A DNA stretch of 64,000 bases from Nitrospirales bacterium (GCA_963555755.3 OY820905.2:1536001-1600000), one strand, 5' to 3'; counted from the first letter of the stretch, positions 1 through 10,717 are shown. The notes: generated from the letters alone by a model not told the origin. Translations and numbers: made by a program.

Positions 1-934
1 TTAAAAACTCCCGTTGCATAGCAATCGCCGTGGTCATCTGGCCATTGCTAAGCTTGACATCACGTTTCACGGAAAGGTCTCGTGATACAGCCTTGATTGC
101 CGCCACAGGATCATCCAACACAATCTTGGGCAATGCCGCACCTTCTTCCAACATATGCATAACAATCGACGCGGTCCCGACTTTTAGATAGGTGGAAATT
201 TCTGCCATGTTGGCATCACCCACAATGACGTGAACACGACGAAATCGTGAGGGATCGCCATGCGGTTCATCGCGAGTATTCACAATGGGCCGCTTCACCA
301 TGGTATTGAGATCAACCAAACACTCAAAGAAATCCGACCGTTGAGCAATCTGATAACCCACGGGAGTCGTGCCGTTCTCTGCACCAACTTTTCCGGCTCC
401 CGCATAAATCTGACGACTGACAAAAAACGGCAGCAACGTTTTGATAATCGCCTCAAACGGCACCGTGCGCGCTAACAGATAGTTTTCATGATAACCGTAA
501 CCATTCCCCTTGCCATCGGAATTGTTTTTGTACAACACATAGCGAGCTTCACCGACTGCCCGATTCATCAGGTCTAAACTCTGGGCAGCCACAAGTACCC
601 CAGCACGCTCGTACGCAACCAGTTCACGAGGGTTGCTGCACTCTGGCGTGGAATACTCCGGATGCGCGCCATCGACATACCACCGTCCACCATTAGCCAG
701 GACTTTATTCAATTGTCGATTGTAATCCGGTCCAGGCCGTTCACGTTCGCCTTCGATTTCAAACCCACGGGCATCGAGAAGCGGATTTTCGTTTTCGTAA
801 TCCCACAGGGCTTGCGGGACGGGGAGACAAGGATAATAGCCTATGAGTTGGAGAGAGTTGGCGACAGGATCAGACAATGACGCATGGCGATCGGCAATAC
901 CAAATTCGGTTTCTGTTCCAAGGATTCGATGCAA
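1..934 (-). CDS. dop: Pup deamidase/depupylase (PafA2/Dop family), partial, runs off left end
   Basis: Manual translation from TTG at 934: (M)HRILGTETEFGIA...WDYENENPLLDARGF...NGGRWYVDGAHPEYSTPEC; directly downstream of the proteasome ATPase. Confidence 0.88.
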   Translation of the reverse strand, partial: MHRILGTETEFGIADRHASLSDPVANSLQLIGYYPCLPVPQALWDYENENPLLDARGFEIEGERERPGPDYNRQLNKVLANGGRWYVDGAHPEYSTPECSNPRELVAYERAGVLVAAQSLDLMNRAVGEARYVLYKNNSDGKGNGYGYHENYLLARTVPFEAIIKTLLPFFVSRQIYAGAGKVGAENGTTPVGYQIAQRSDFFECLVDLNTMVKRPIVNTRDEPHGDPSRFRRVHVIVGDANMAEISTYLKVGTASIVMHMLEEGAALPKIVLDDPVAAIKAVSRDLSVKRDVKLSNGQMTTAIAMQREFL

Positions 935-965
935 GGGAGCCTCATTCGCACACAAAACGGTAAGA

Positions 966-2645
966 TTAAAAATAATGGCCGGCGCTGATTGTTTCAATCT
1001 CTCGGGATTCATCTGACCCCGGAGTTAAGGTCCGAACATGGATAATTTTCTCACCTTTTTTTCCGGCAATCCGAGCCCAGTCATCAGGATTGGTCGTGTT
1101 GGGAAGGTCTTCATGGGCTTTAAACTCATCACGGATGGCCCGCAGAAAATCTTCTTCCTTCAGGCCTTTCTCTCCACTGGCAATCGCTCGTTTGACCGCG
1201 GATGTTTTGGCACGTGACACGACCCCTTCAATCAGCGCCCCACTGGAGAAATCTTTGAAGTAGAGCGTTTCCTTTTCTCCATTCGCATAGGTGACTTCGA
1301 GAAAGCGATTGTCTTCGGAAAGGGCATACATCGATTCCACGACCACTTCGATCAAACGCTCGACAACCCTGTTCCGATCGCCGTCAGATCGTTCAACTTC
1401 TTCCTTGGCAAACGGAAGATCGCTCGTCAGGTATTTGGCGAAGATATCCCGAGCGCCTTTTTTATCGGGTCTCGGAATTTTCACCTTCACATCCAAACGA
1501 CCGGTTCTGAGCACAGCGGGATCAATTAAGTCCTGACGGTTACTAGCGCCAATCACGATCACATTTTGCAAGCGCTCCACCCCGTCTATCTCAGCCAAAA
1601 ATTGAGGGACAATGGTGGACTCAATATCCGAAGAAATCCCCGACCCCCTTGTACGAAACAAGGCATCCATTTCATCAAAAAAGATAATCACCGGATTCCC
1701 CGTGGCGGCTTTATCGCGAGCTTTCGCAAAGACTTCTCGAATTTTTCGTTCGGACTCACCGACATACTTATTCAACAGCTCGGGTCCTTTGACATGAAGG
1801 AAAAAACTGCGCACCTCCTTGCCAGACAGGTGTTTCAGCTTTTTGGCAATGGAATTCGCCACCGCCTTGGCAATCATGGTCTTCCCACAACCCGGAGGCC
1901 CATACAGCAACACGCCTTTCGGTGGTTTGAGTTTATGCTCTGCATAGAGATCGGGGTAGAGAAACGGCAACTCGACGGCATCCGTCACTTGTTCTACTTC
2001 CTTCTCCAACCCACCAACATCGTCATACCCGATGTCCGGCACTTCTTCAATCACGAGTTCTTCGATTTCCGCTTTGGGTATTTTTTCGATCACATAACCG
2101 GATCGAGCATCAAAGAGAAGATGGTCGCCGACGCTTAATCGCTCTTCCAACAGTGGCTCGCCCAACTCCACCACCCGTTCTTCATCGTGGTGCAACTGCA
2201 CCAGCACTCGAATATCATCAAGGCGATCTTTTAAGCGAACCACCTGGCCCTGTGGATCAAACCCACGGACTTCAATAATATTCAGAGCCTCATTCAGAAT
2301 GACTTCTTGTCCCTTGCGCAACATCTCACCTGCAATCGACCCATGCACACTCACACGCATCTTGCGCCCGGAGACATACACATTGGCAGTCCCATCTTCA
2401 TTGAAACTGCAAAACAAGGCATACGACGATGGGGGGGCTGTCAGTTTTTCAATCTCGGTTCGGAGAGACTCAATCTGGGTTTTGGCATCCTGGAGTGTGG
2501 CAGTCAATTTGTCATTGTGCTTTTGCGACTGCTGTAGCTTGATCCGAGTATCATAGAGCTGACGAGTTTCAGTCTCCAACGATTGGAGTTCACTCCGCAA
2601 CTTTTCAATCTCGCGGGTATAATCTTCGTGTTTTCGAAATACCAT
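966..2645 (-). CDS. arc: Proteasome-associated AAA ATPase (ARC/Mpa)
   Basis: N-terminal coiled coil, OB domains, Walker A GPPGCGKT, Walker B IIFFDEMD, LPNTTNPDDWARI motif, C-terminal GHYF. Confidence 0.95.
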   Translation of the reverse strand: MVFRKHEDYTREIEKLRSELQSLETETRQLYDTRIKLQQSQKHNDKLTATLQDAKTQIESLRTEIEKLTAPPSSYALFCSFNEDGTANVYVSGRKMRVSVHGSIAGEMLRKGQEVILNEALNIIEVRGFDPQGQVVRLKDRLDDIRVLVQLHHDEERVVELGEPLLEERLSVGDHLLFDARSGYVIEKIPKAEIEELVIEEVPDIGYDDVGGLEKEVEQVTDAVELPFLYPDLYAEHKLKPPKGVLLYGPPGCGKTMIAKAVANSIAKKLKHLSGKEVRSFFLHVKGPELLNKYVGESERKIREVFAKARDKAATGNPVIIFFDEMDALFRTRGSGISSDIESTIVPQFLAEIDGVERLQNVIVIGASNRQDLIDPAVLRTGRLDVKVKIPRPDKKGARDIFAKYLTSDLPFAKEEVERSDGDRNRVVERLIEVVVESMYALSEDNRFLEVTYANGEKETLYFKDFSSGALIEGVVSRAKTSAVKRAIASGEKGLKEEDFLRAIRDEFKAHEDLPNTTNPDDWARIAGKKGEKIIHVRTLTPGSDESREIETISAGHYF

Positions 2646-2853
2646 AAGTACTTTACCTAAGCATCATTTCGGATGAAACACAAGGGAGAAGAACTCAAAA
2701 TACAGGCTAAAACTTTCTTGACGATTGATGCCAGCCTCAACAAAAGCCCCACTTTTAAAGGGCAAAACACATCAACATTTTTCTCAACGCCACCGTGAGG
2801 AATTCTAGCACTGGGTTTCGGAAAGAAGCAACAGGATGATTCATGAATTTGCC

Positions 2854-3489
2854 CTACGGAGATACGCCAAGCTGCGTAGAATAGTTCTTGACGGATTCTA
2901 CGGGCGAAGAAGATTGAAAGATGGATGAAATCACCGCGATACCATAGGCGCCCGCTTTCCGAATTTCTTCAACCCGCGACGGATCAATTCCGCCTATGGC
3001 AAAAATGGGAATCTGACAACGTCGATGGGCTTCTTCAAGCACCGACAACCCTAAGGGCACGCCATACGCCTGCTTTGAGGGCGTATCATACATCGGACCC
3101 AGCACCACAAAGTCAGCACCTTCTTGCTCACGTTGGACTGCTTCATCGGCAGAGTGAACTGAGACTCCAATCAATCGGTTTGGCCCTAAACATTCCCTAG
3201 CTTTTTGAACAGGAAGACTATTTCCTCGCAAGTGCACACCCTGCGCGCCTGTGGCCATGACGACATCGACACGATCGTTAATCAACAATGGCACTTGGTC
3301 GCGTTTGGCCCAACGAGAAAGGGTGCTTGCCAATTTCAACAAGGTCCGAGTAGGGATGTCCCTTTCTCGAAGTTGGAGCATTAGGCCTCCTTGAGAGATC
3401 AGAGACTCCAACACCTGGAGAAAATGTTCCTCACCAATTTGATGACGATCTGTTACGACATAGAGAGGAGGAAGGTGATAGGCAGACAT
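2854..3489 (-). CDS. thiE: Thiamine-phosphate synthase (ThiE/TenI family)
   Basis: LQLRE, INDRVD, GVHL, TPSK and AIGGI motifs; in thiS-thiG cluster. Confidence 0.85.
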   Translation of the reverse strand: MSAYHLPPLYVVTDRHQIGEEHFLQVLESLISQGGLMLQLRERDIPTRTLLKLASTLSRWAKRDQVPLLINDRVDVVMATGAQGVHLRGNSLPVQKARECLGPNRLIGVSVHSADEAVQREQEGADFVVLGPMYDTPSKQAYGVPLGLSVLEEAHRRCQIPIFAIGGIDPSRVEEIRKAGAYGIAVISSIFQSSSPVESVKNYSTQLGVSP

Positions 3490-3588
3490 GGGAGGTAATT
3501 GGAAAAACCGTGATGTGAAAAACGTGATGCGTCAATAGAAATGAAGGAATTCACCCTTCACGCTTAACGGATCACGCATGACGTCCGA

Positions 3589-4362
3589 CTACAGCATACC
3601 TTCAATCGTCGTACTCGCCGTGGCATAGAGTTTCCGAGGAATACGCCCCGCGCGATATGCAAGCCGGCCAGCATTAACAGCAAATTTCATGGCTTCAGCC
3701 ATAACAATGGGATCTTGCGCACCGGCGATCGCGGTATTCATCAGCACGGCATCCGCTCCAAGCTCCATGGCCAAGGCCGCATCCGAAGCCGTGCCTACGC
3801 CAGCATCCACGATAACGGGGACCTTGACGGTTTCCAGAATGATTTTGAGATTGTAGGGATTTCGAATACCCAAACCCGATCCAATTGGAGCGGCCAACGG
3901 CATGACCGCTGGACAACCAATATCAACAAGCTTTTTCGCAACGATGGGATCATCATTGGTATAGGGTAAGACAATGAACCCTTCCTTAATAAGAATCTTC
4001 GCCGCTTCAATGAGGCCTGCGGTATCAGGGAACAGCGTTTTCTCATCACCGATCACTTCAAGTTTCACGAGATCGGACACACCGGCAGCCCTTGCGAGCC
4101 TCGCATATCGCACCGCATCTTCAACGGTATAACAACCAGCGGTGTTGGGGAGAATGGTATATTTCCTCGGGTCAATGTAATCCAAAAGATTCTCGGAATT
4201 GCGGTCGGTGATATTCACCCTCCGGACGGCCACCGTGACCACATCAGCTCCCGAGGCCTCAATGGCTTTTTGTGTTTCGACAAAGTCTTTATACTTTCCT
4301 GTTCCTACCCATAAACGGGACTTGAACTCATGTCCAGCGATGGTTAAGCGATCATTGCTCAT
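3589..4362 (-). CDS. thiG: Thiazole synthase
   Basis: [34 protein letters not shown] motifs. Confidence 0.97.
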   Translation of the reverse strand: MSNDRLTIAGHEFKSRLWVGTGKYKDFVETQKAIEASGADVVTVAVRRVNITDRNSENLLDYIDPRKYTILPNTAGCYTVEDAVRYARLARAAGVSDLVKLEVIGDEKTLFPDTAGLIEAAKILIKEGFIVLPYTNDDPIVAKKLVDIGCPAVMPLAAPIGSGLGIRNPYNLKIILETVKVPVIVDAGVGTASDAALAMELGADAVLMNTAIAGAQDPIVMAEAMKFAVNAGRLAYRAGRIPRKLYATASTTIEGML

Positions 4363-4486
4363 AAGATTCTCTATCTATTGGTTAAAGGTAACTCAGGTGG
4401 ATAGACTGAAGGAGGAAGGCTTTTAATCCCGAGAAGGTCTAAAATGGCTTGATCCCAGCGTGACGTGATGCGTGATAGCCTTCAGC

Positions 4487-4726
4487 CTAAATACCTGAGT
4501 AGTGAAGGCCACTACCAAAACCTTCCGACCCTCCTCCGATAAAACTCATGACTTCGACTCGATCCCCGTCTTGTAAAAGTCTGGCCTCAAACACACCTTT
4601 ATCCATTATTTCCATATTGACTTCCACGGCCACCTGATCCAAACGAATCTCTAATTGAAGCAAGAGAGCCGCGACCGACATTCCTGCTTGGATATCATGC
4701 TGTTCCCCATTCAACTGAATAGTCAT
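4487..4726 (-). CDS. thiS: Sulfur carrier protein ThiS with C-terminal extension
   Basis: MTIQLNGE...VAVEVN...GDRVEVMSFIGGG followed by 13 extra residues. Confidence 0.9.
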   Translation of the reverse strand: MTIQLNGEQHDIQAGMSVAALLLQLEIRLDQVAVEVNMEIMDKGVFEARLLQDGDRVEVMSFIGGGSEGFGSGLHYSGI

Positions 4727-4923
4727 TTGGCAATACGATTGATCGGGTAAGTAAGGACCACAAGGATCACATAAATGCCATCCTACGAGACCCCGGAAAT
4801 GCTTGTCAATGCAGGCGAGGGCAGGCTCAAAGAGCTCAATTCCGAATCAATCCAGGAAGGCCATAGCAATCCCAATCAACCAGAGCTATAATCCCTCTTA
4901 GATATCATCTGTTCTTTCACGCC

Positions 4924-5403
4924 ATGGCCATGTATCAGAACAACAATACCGTCGCGAACATTTTCCTTACAATGGCGGAACGCCTGCAAAAGGAGGGCGC
5001 CAATCCTTTTCGCGTACGTGCTTATCGACGAGCTTCGGCTACCCTGAGTGGCCTTGATGAAGATATTGCCTCGATTGCACAACGAGGAGATGTGGACTCG
5101 CTTCCAGGTATCGGGAAAGATTTGGACGCCAAGATTCGGGAATACCTGACAACCGGAACCATTCGAGCCTATGAAGACCTGAGCACACCTCTGCCGGAAT
5201 TCGCCAAACAATGGCTGCAGCTTCCAGGGTTTTCAGAACCCATTGTTAACGATTTATACTTTCGCCTAGGGATTCGCTCCCTTGATGACCTGGAAGCCCT
5301 GGCTTCTTCCCATTTACTCCGAACCCGACCAGGCATCACGGCGCCCACGGAGGAACTGCTGGAGGCCATACAATCACTCCGTGAATTTGCCTCAACTGAT
5401 TGA
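4924..5403 (+). CDS. Stand-alone helix-hairpin-helix protein resembling the PolX N-terminal domain
   Basis: NPFRVRAYRRA and LPGIGKDL motifs; no polymerase or PHP domain. Confidence 0.75.
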   Translation: MAMYQNNNTVANIFLTMAERLQKEGANPFRVRAYRRASATLSGLDEDIASIAQRGDVDSLPGIGKDLDAKIREYLTTGTIRAYEDLSTPLPEFAKQWLQLPGFSEPIVNDLYFRLGIRSLDDLEALASSHLLRTRPGITAPTEELLEAIQSLREFASTD

Positions 5404-5481
5404 CCTACAGACAGGTCTTTGGTAGGTTGGCTGCCGCTTCAAATATAGTTGGGGTTTTATCAAGATAAGGATACAGACAAT

Positions 5482-5718
5482 ATGGCTGTTTCAGCATTTG
5501 TTCTCGTAGATGTCATCGGTAATCATACGAAGAGTGCCTTCCAAACCATTACCCGCATTCCAGGGGTCAAACACGTCTATGCCATCACGGGCCCTTTCGA
5601 CATCATCGTGGATATCGAAGCTGAAACGATGGAAGAATTAAACGATTTAGTGTTATCCCGAATGCGAAGTGTGGACGGCGTGAGGAAAACCACGACTGCC
5701 ATTGTCTTAAAAGTCTGA
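5482..5718 (+). CDS. Lrp/AsnC ligand-binding domain protein
   Basis: AFVLV...GV..VYAITGPFDII...DGVRKTTT; ATG at 5482 preferred over the ORF-track start. Confidence 0.85.
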   Translation: MAVSAFVLVDVIGNHTKSAFQTITRIPGVKHVYAITGPFDIIVDIEAETMEELNDLVLSRMRSVDGVRKTTTAIVLKV

Positions 5719-5926
5719 ACAACCCCTCCAATCAACCACCGTCACACTCCGACTGCTGGAAATCCGAGACGACACCAGAAAAGTCTGCGGGACACTCCAA
5801 ACCTGTCCTGAGCTTTACCGAAGGAAGACCCAACAGGGCCTGCGGCAAGGAAGGAGACGCGGCATACTCTCCGTTGAGCACCCGAGCACCTCGAGAACAA
5901 AGCTGGCGTAATTTTTCGCCCTTCCG

Positions 5927-7258
5927 CTAAAGGGGACGCAACTCCTTAAAGACTTTCCACGTCTTCAACAACTCAATCGCCTTTTGAAGTTGTACGTCCT
6001 TCTTCATGAATTCCGCTTCCCGAGCTTTCAAATCTTTTATCGTATCTTCCGGGGATTCGGCATCCTCTTTTTTCGCTGGATCGGAGACAGCAGCAGCCTG
6101 TTCCCTCGGTTTCCCAGCCGCGAAAGACTCCGCTTGAGCCACGGTCCTTGGCGTGGGTTCAACCACAATATCTGGTTTCACGCCAACCTTGTGGATGGAC
6201 TCGCCACGAGGGGTGAAATATTTGGCCGTCGTCAACCTGAGACCTGAACCATCCGAGAGCGGCAGGATCGTCTGTACCGAACCTTTGCCAAAAGTGGTTT
6301 TCCCGACAATCACCGCCTTCCCCCAATCCTGCATCGCCGCGGCGACAATTTCCGATGCACTCGCGGACCCCTGATTCACCAAGACAATCATCGGATATTC
6401 AAAATGCTCGGACTGCATGCGGGCTCGATATTCATCTTTCCGCCCATCACGGCCTTTAATTGACACGACCAACTTGTCTGATTCGAGAAATTGTTCCGAG
6501 ACACCTACCGCCGCGGACAACAAGCCTCCAGGATTATTCCTCAAGTCTACAATCAAACCTTGAATATTGCTTTCTTTGAACTCTGCTAATTTATCACCTA
6601 AGTCTTTTGCCGTGGATTCTTGGAATTGCGAAATCCTGACATATCCAATTCGTTCATCAAGCACCCGTGAACGAACGCTTTGAATCTTTATGGTATCACG
6701 AATCAGGGTAAACTGAAGCGGCGTTTTGGAACTTTCCCGTTCAACCGTCAACGTGACTTTAGTGCCTTTGGGCCCTCGCATTTTGTGGACGGCTTCCATC
6801 AGCGTCAGATCTTTCGTCGGCAAATCATCCACCTTGATAATGACATCGCCGGACTCAATTCCCGCCGCATACGCCGGGGTATCTTCAATGGGCGCAATCA
6901 CGGTAATGCGATGTTCCTTGACCCCAATTTGAATGCCCAATCCGCCAAACTCCCCACGGGTCTCGACCTGCATTTCTTTATACATGTCAGCGGTCATATA
7001 CGAAGAATGCGGATCCAATGTCGCCAACATTCCCCGTACAGCGCCGTAGACCAATTCTTTCGTAGGCGTATCTTCCACATAGTGCTTCTTTACCTGGGTG
7101 AGCACCTCGGCAAAGATTTTCAGCTCCTCATAGGATTCGCTCGCATAACCAGTCTTCTCCCACCCTTTGCCAATCACGACACCCAGCACGAGTGTCGCCA
7201 TGACGACGAACCCAGTCATCCATGCTGTCCAGAACCGTCCCTTTTCCATCATGTTCAA
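5927..7258 (-). CDS. ctpA: C-terminal processing peptidase, S41 family
   Basis: PDZ domain, DLRNNPGG, SASASEI, GKTTFGKGSVQ motifs. Confidence 0.93.
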   Translation of the reverse strand: MNMMEKGRFWTAWMTGFVVMATLVLGVVIGKGWEKTGYASESYEELKIFAEVLTQVKKHYVEDTPTKELVYGAVRGMLATLDPHSSYMTADMYKEMQVETRGEFGGLGIQIGVKEHRITVIAPIEDTPAYAAGIESGDVIIKVDDLPTKDLTLMEAVHKMRGPKGTKVTLTVERESSKTPLQFTLIRDTIKIQSVRSRVLDERIGYVRISQFQESTAKDLGDKLAEFKESNIQGLIVDLRNNPGGLLSAAVGVSEQFLESDKLVVSIKGRDGRKDEYRARMQSEHFEYPMIVLVNQGSASASEIVAAAMQDWGKAVIVGKTTFGKGSVQTILPLSDGSGLRLTTAKYFTPRGESIHKVGVKPDIVVEPTPRTVAQAESFAAGKPREQAAAVSDPAKKEDAESPEDTIKDLKAREAEFMKKDVQLQKAIELLKTWKVFKELRPL

Positions 7259-7282
7259 TTCCTATCTTTAAAAATGATCTCA

Positions 7283-7579
7283 CTAGGAGCCTGTCCAAGA
7301 TTAGACTGATCTACTGCGGGTACACTGGATTTGGCCAGATCTTCCGATCCTTTTCGGGGAAGGTTGAAAAAGGCCGCCAGCTGCGTTCTCGGGCTTTTGG
7401 CGTGCTCACGTACTTCGTGTACGCTCCGCGCGCCAAAACCCCTGCGGCCTTGCTGGACAGCCTTTTTCAACCATCCCCGTCTTCGTTGAATAGCCCAACT
7501 ATTCGCCGAAAAGGATCGAAACATCTGACTCAAACCAGCACCCCCTCGTGACGATCACTAATCTCGGACAGGCTCCTAG
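7283..7579. mobile_element. MITE family A copy carrying a nested family B element (about 7357-7476)
   Basis: CTAG-GAGCCTGTCCAAGATTAG...CTAATCTCGGACAGGCTC-CTAG terminal inverted repeats; homologous copies at 8753, 12168 and 54152. Confidence 0.88.
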
Positions 7580-9066
7580 CGCTTGACCAACCACTTCTGC
7601 GGGTCAACGGGTTGTATCCCTTTGCGCAATTCAAAGTATAAAATAGATTGATCAGTCAGACCAGATGCCCCAGTGTGACCTAAAACGGCCCCACTCGCAA
7701 TATCATCGCCTTGCGTAACGTCGAGATTCGAAGCATGCGCATAGAACGAAAAAAATCCGTTGTGATGATCCAGAATCACCACCAGGCCATACCCCTTTAA
7801 CCAATCCGCAAATACGACATTCCCCCCAAATACCGCTTTAATGGCACTCCCATCGCGCGTTTGGATTTCAATGCCCTTTTTATTGACATAGGTATTAAAC
7901 CGAGGATGTTTTTGGCGCCCAAACGAAGTCACGACAGGACCATCCGCCGGCCAGAGCAATTTCCCCTTTTTCAGAAGACTCACGGCACGGGCCTGACTGC
8001 GTGATGCAGTCTTTTCGCTACGCTTCCGCAATGTGTCAAGTAGCGACTCTTTTCGTTCTTCCGCACGCTGTAATGTAGAGAGCGCTTGCTCATGGGAACG
8101 AGTCTGACGCTTCAAACTCGTCAACATCACTTGTTTTTTCCCTTTAATCCCCTTCATCACTTTCAGGTTTTTCTCAATCCGCTGTTTATTGCGAAGCAGC
8201 GTGTCCCGTAGGCGGGCTTGGCGTTTTTTCAGCTCGCCAAACTGCGCCATGTCTGCTTCATACCGTGACAGCAGCTCATGTTCCCAACTGGCCATCGACG
8301 AGAGATAGGTGAGACGACGTTGAAACTGTGAATAGGAATCCGAGGACAGCAGCGGACGGAACCAGCCCCGATGTCCTTCCATGTACAATCGACGCAATCG
8401 TGTTTTCACGGCCTGTTCCCGTTGCTGTAAACTCGCGGCAAGCTGGCTGACTTTCCGATTCAATGTTTCCTGCTCCCGATTCGCCTTCCGAATCTCACGC
8501 CGAATGGTATTATATTCTTTCCGTTTCTGATGCAGTACTCGATCAATCGTCTCAACGGACTGCAGAACCGCATCATGTTTCTTTTGGGTTTGTGCACGCT
8601 GTTGTTTGGTCTCTTGGATTTCCTGCTTCAGCTGCTGGAGATGACTGCGTTCCCGTTTAATTTTATCCTGCAACGACGTCGCAGCCCATACGGGATCAGA
8701 GCCATGCAGGCCCCCAAACACAAAAAACAACACGCTTATTCCCAAGAGAAAGCTAGGAGCCTGGCCAAGATTAGACCAATCTACTGCGGGTGCGCTGGAT
8801 GTGGCCAGATCTTCCGATTCTTTTCGGGGAATGTTGAAACAGGCCGCCAGCTGCGTTCTCGGGCTTTTGGCGTGCGCACGTACTCCGTGTACGCACCACG
8901 CGCCAAGCCTACTCCGCCGAAGTAGCCTTTGGCTACGAAGGCCGGGAAGCCCTGCGGCCTTTCCTTCGACAGACTCAGGACAGGACTGGACGGCCTTTTT
9001 CAACCTTCCCCGTCTTCGTGGCATAGCCCAACTATTCGCCTCAAACGATCGAAACATCTGACTCAA
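7576..9066 (-). CDS. envC: Murein hydrolase activator EnvC (coiled coil + M23 domain); the ORF segment 5' of 8753 is MITE-derived, so the true start is uncertain
   Basis: LWPADGPVVTSFG, GIEI, GYGLVVILDH, LYFELR motifs; follows ftsEX. Confidence 0.88.
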   Translation of the reverse strand: MSQMFRSFEANSWAMPRRRGRLKKAVQSCPESVEGKAAGLPGLRSQRLLRRSRLGAWCVHGVRAHAKSPRTQLAACFNIPRKESEDLATSSAPAVDWSNLGQAPSFLLGISVLFFVFGGLHGSDPVWAATSLQDKIKRERSHLQQLKQEIQETKQQRAQTQKKHDAVLQSVETIDRVLHQKRKEYNTIRREIRKANREQETLNRKVSQLAASLQQREQAVKTRLRRLYMEGHRGWFRPLLSSDSYSQFQRRLTYLSSMASWEHELLSRYEADMAQFGELKKRQARLRDTLLRNKQRIEKNLKVMKGIKGKKQVMLTSLKRQTRSHEQALSTLQRAEERKESLLDTLRKRSEKTASRSQARAVSLLKKGKLLWPADGPVVTSFGRQKHPRFNTYVNKKGIEIQTRDGSAIKAVFGGNVVFADWLKGYGLVVILDHHNGFFSFYAHASNLDVTQGDDIASGAVLGHTGASGLTDQSILYFELRKGIQPVDPQKWLVKR

Positions 9067-9112
9067 ACCCGCACCCCCTCGTCACAATCGCTAATCTCGA
9101 ATGGGCTCCTAG
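8753..9112. mobile_element. MITE family A copy with nested family B element and two short REP-like inserts
   Basis: CTAG at both ends, same inverted repeats and internal sequence as 7283-7579. Confidence 0.85.
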
Positions 9113-10017
9113 GCCGTATCGTTTCGGATCTTCATTAATCCACAGACCGACAGCACACTACTTCCACATCCTAACAACATCCCGGACAAAACTAAAAACA
9201 CTGACGTTTCGTGGGGGAAAAATGTCAACACGGATTCCAGCCCACTGAACCATCCCGATGCATTCAATTCTAATCGAAAAAATTCAAACATGCCTTTTAA
9301 TAACACCAAGGCCAGCCCCCCTCCACACAACCCCAAAATCGCTCCTTCAATGACATAGGGTGTCGCGATGAATGATCCGGTCGCACCAATGAGTCGCAAT
9401 ATCTCGATTTCCTCTTTTCGCGCATAAAACGAAAGCCGGACAGTATTCGCAATGATGGTAATGGTCGCCACCGCTAGGGTTACCCCAATAATGATAGCTC
9501 CAAATTCAAAGTAGCTGACGAGCAAGGCTAGCGTATCAATCCAATCCTGACTGTACCGAACTTGCTGCACGCCTGGGAATTGCTTGACTCGTTCCGTGAA
9601 TGCTTCAATCGAATCAGCCTCTTGAAAACCCGGTGCGATCTGAACCACAAACGAGGCAGGCAGGGGATTCTCCTCCATACCTTCCAGTAACGTGGATTCA
9701 TCAGGAAACTGCTGATAAAATTCTTTCAATGCATCTCCTTTGGACACAAAGACTAGCTCCCTCACCGCCTGTTCACTATCCAACCGTTGACGAACCCTCT
9801 CGACCACCTGGACGGAGGCCTCCGGCTGAACATAGACCACCACTTCAATATCATGTTGAAGCGTCCCAGCGAGATTTTTCAGATTGTCATACAGCAACAC
9901 GAACACACCGAAACATGAGATCGTGAAGGCTGTGGTGACAATACCAATTGTCACACTCATCCGGTTGACGCGAAGACTGGTGAAGGCTTCTTGAATGAGA
10001 TAGAGGGGGCGCCTCAT
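9109..10017 (-). CDS. ftsX: Cell division permease FtsX
   Basis: NPLPASF, NTVRLSFYARKEEIEILRLIGAT motifs; TM pattern. Confidence 0.95.
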   Translation of the reverse strand: MRRPLYLIQEAFTSLRVNRMSVTIGIVTTAFTISCFGVFVLLYDNLKNLAGTLQHDIEVVVYVQPEASVQVVERVRQRLDSEQAVRELVFVSKGDALKEFYQQFPDESTLLEGMEENPLPASFVVQIAPGFQEADSIEAFTERVKQFPGVQQVRYSQDWIDTLALLVSYFEFGAIIIGVTLAVATITIIANTVRLSFYARKEEIEILRLIGATGSFIATPYVIEGAILGLCGGGLALVLLKGMFEFFRLELNASGWFSGLESVLTFFPHETSVFLVLSGMLLGCGSSVLSVCGLMKIRNDTA

Positions 10018-10682
10018 GCCGTAGGCCCTTTATCCGACACCAGTCGACCAGCGTGCAAATGCAGGACGCGTCCGTTCATTTTTTCAACAACGGTTTGATT
10101 GTGCGTGGCCAACAAGACAGTCGTACCCCGCGCATGAATTTTTTTGAACAACTCCACAATGTCGGATGTCAGTTCGGTATCCAAATTACCGGTTGGCTCG
10201 TCTGCCAACAGGATGATCGGATGATTCACGATTGCCCGTGCAATACACACACGCTGCTGTTCCCCAGCCGATATCACCCCTGTTTGACTGGCATGCTTAT
10301 GACCCATGCCCACGGATTTCAAGGCCTCACTCACCTTTTTTTTTGACTCAGCCCGTGACACACCTTGAATGATCAGCGGCAGCACAACATTCTCAAAAAC
10401 GGTTTTTTGGGGCAACAACTTAAAGTTTTGCAAGACAAACCCCATGGTTCGCCGCAGGTACGGAATGTCGGCTTCTCGCAGCCTGGCAATATTTCGATTT
10501 TGAACCAGGATTTGCCCCTCATCAGGAATTTCCGCGCCAAAAATTAATTTCAGAAAAGTGGTTTTGCCGGCCCCGCTCGGGCCTGTCAGTAATATGCTCT
10601 CACCCTTCTCGATTCGTACCGTGACATCATGAAGCGCGGTACACCGCTTAAAGAATTTCGAGACATGGAACAATTGAATCAT
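10014..10682 (-). CDS. ftsE: Cell division ATP-binding protein FtsE
   Basis: GPSGAGKTT, GEQQRVCIARA, LLADEPTGNLD; start MIQLFHVSK at 10682. Confidence 0.95.
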   Translation of the reverse strand: MIQLFHVSKFFKRCTALHDVTVRIEKGESILLTGPSGAGKTTFLKLIFGAEIPDEGQILVQNRNIARLREADIPYLRRTMGFVLQNFKLLPQKTVFENVVLPLIIQGVSRAESKKKVSEALKSVGMGHKHASQTGVISAGEQQRVCIARAIVNHPIILLADEPTGNLDTELTSDIVELFKKIHARGTTVLLATHNQTVVEKMNGRVLHLHAGRLVSDKGPTA

Positions 10683-10717
10683 CAGATTGGTATGTCGCAC
10701 AAACCATCTTGAATAAA

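Noticed and set aside
3505..3580. CGTGA/TCACG short degenerate repeats (also near 4460)
   Set aside because: Low-complexity intergenic repeats with no supportable function
7255..7533. Small ORFs at 7255, 12140, 22623, 38596 and 54061 as a protein family
   Set aside because: They are translations of MITE sequence; no independent evidence of coding
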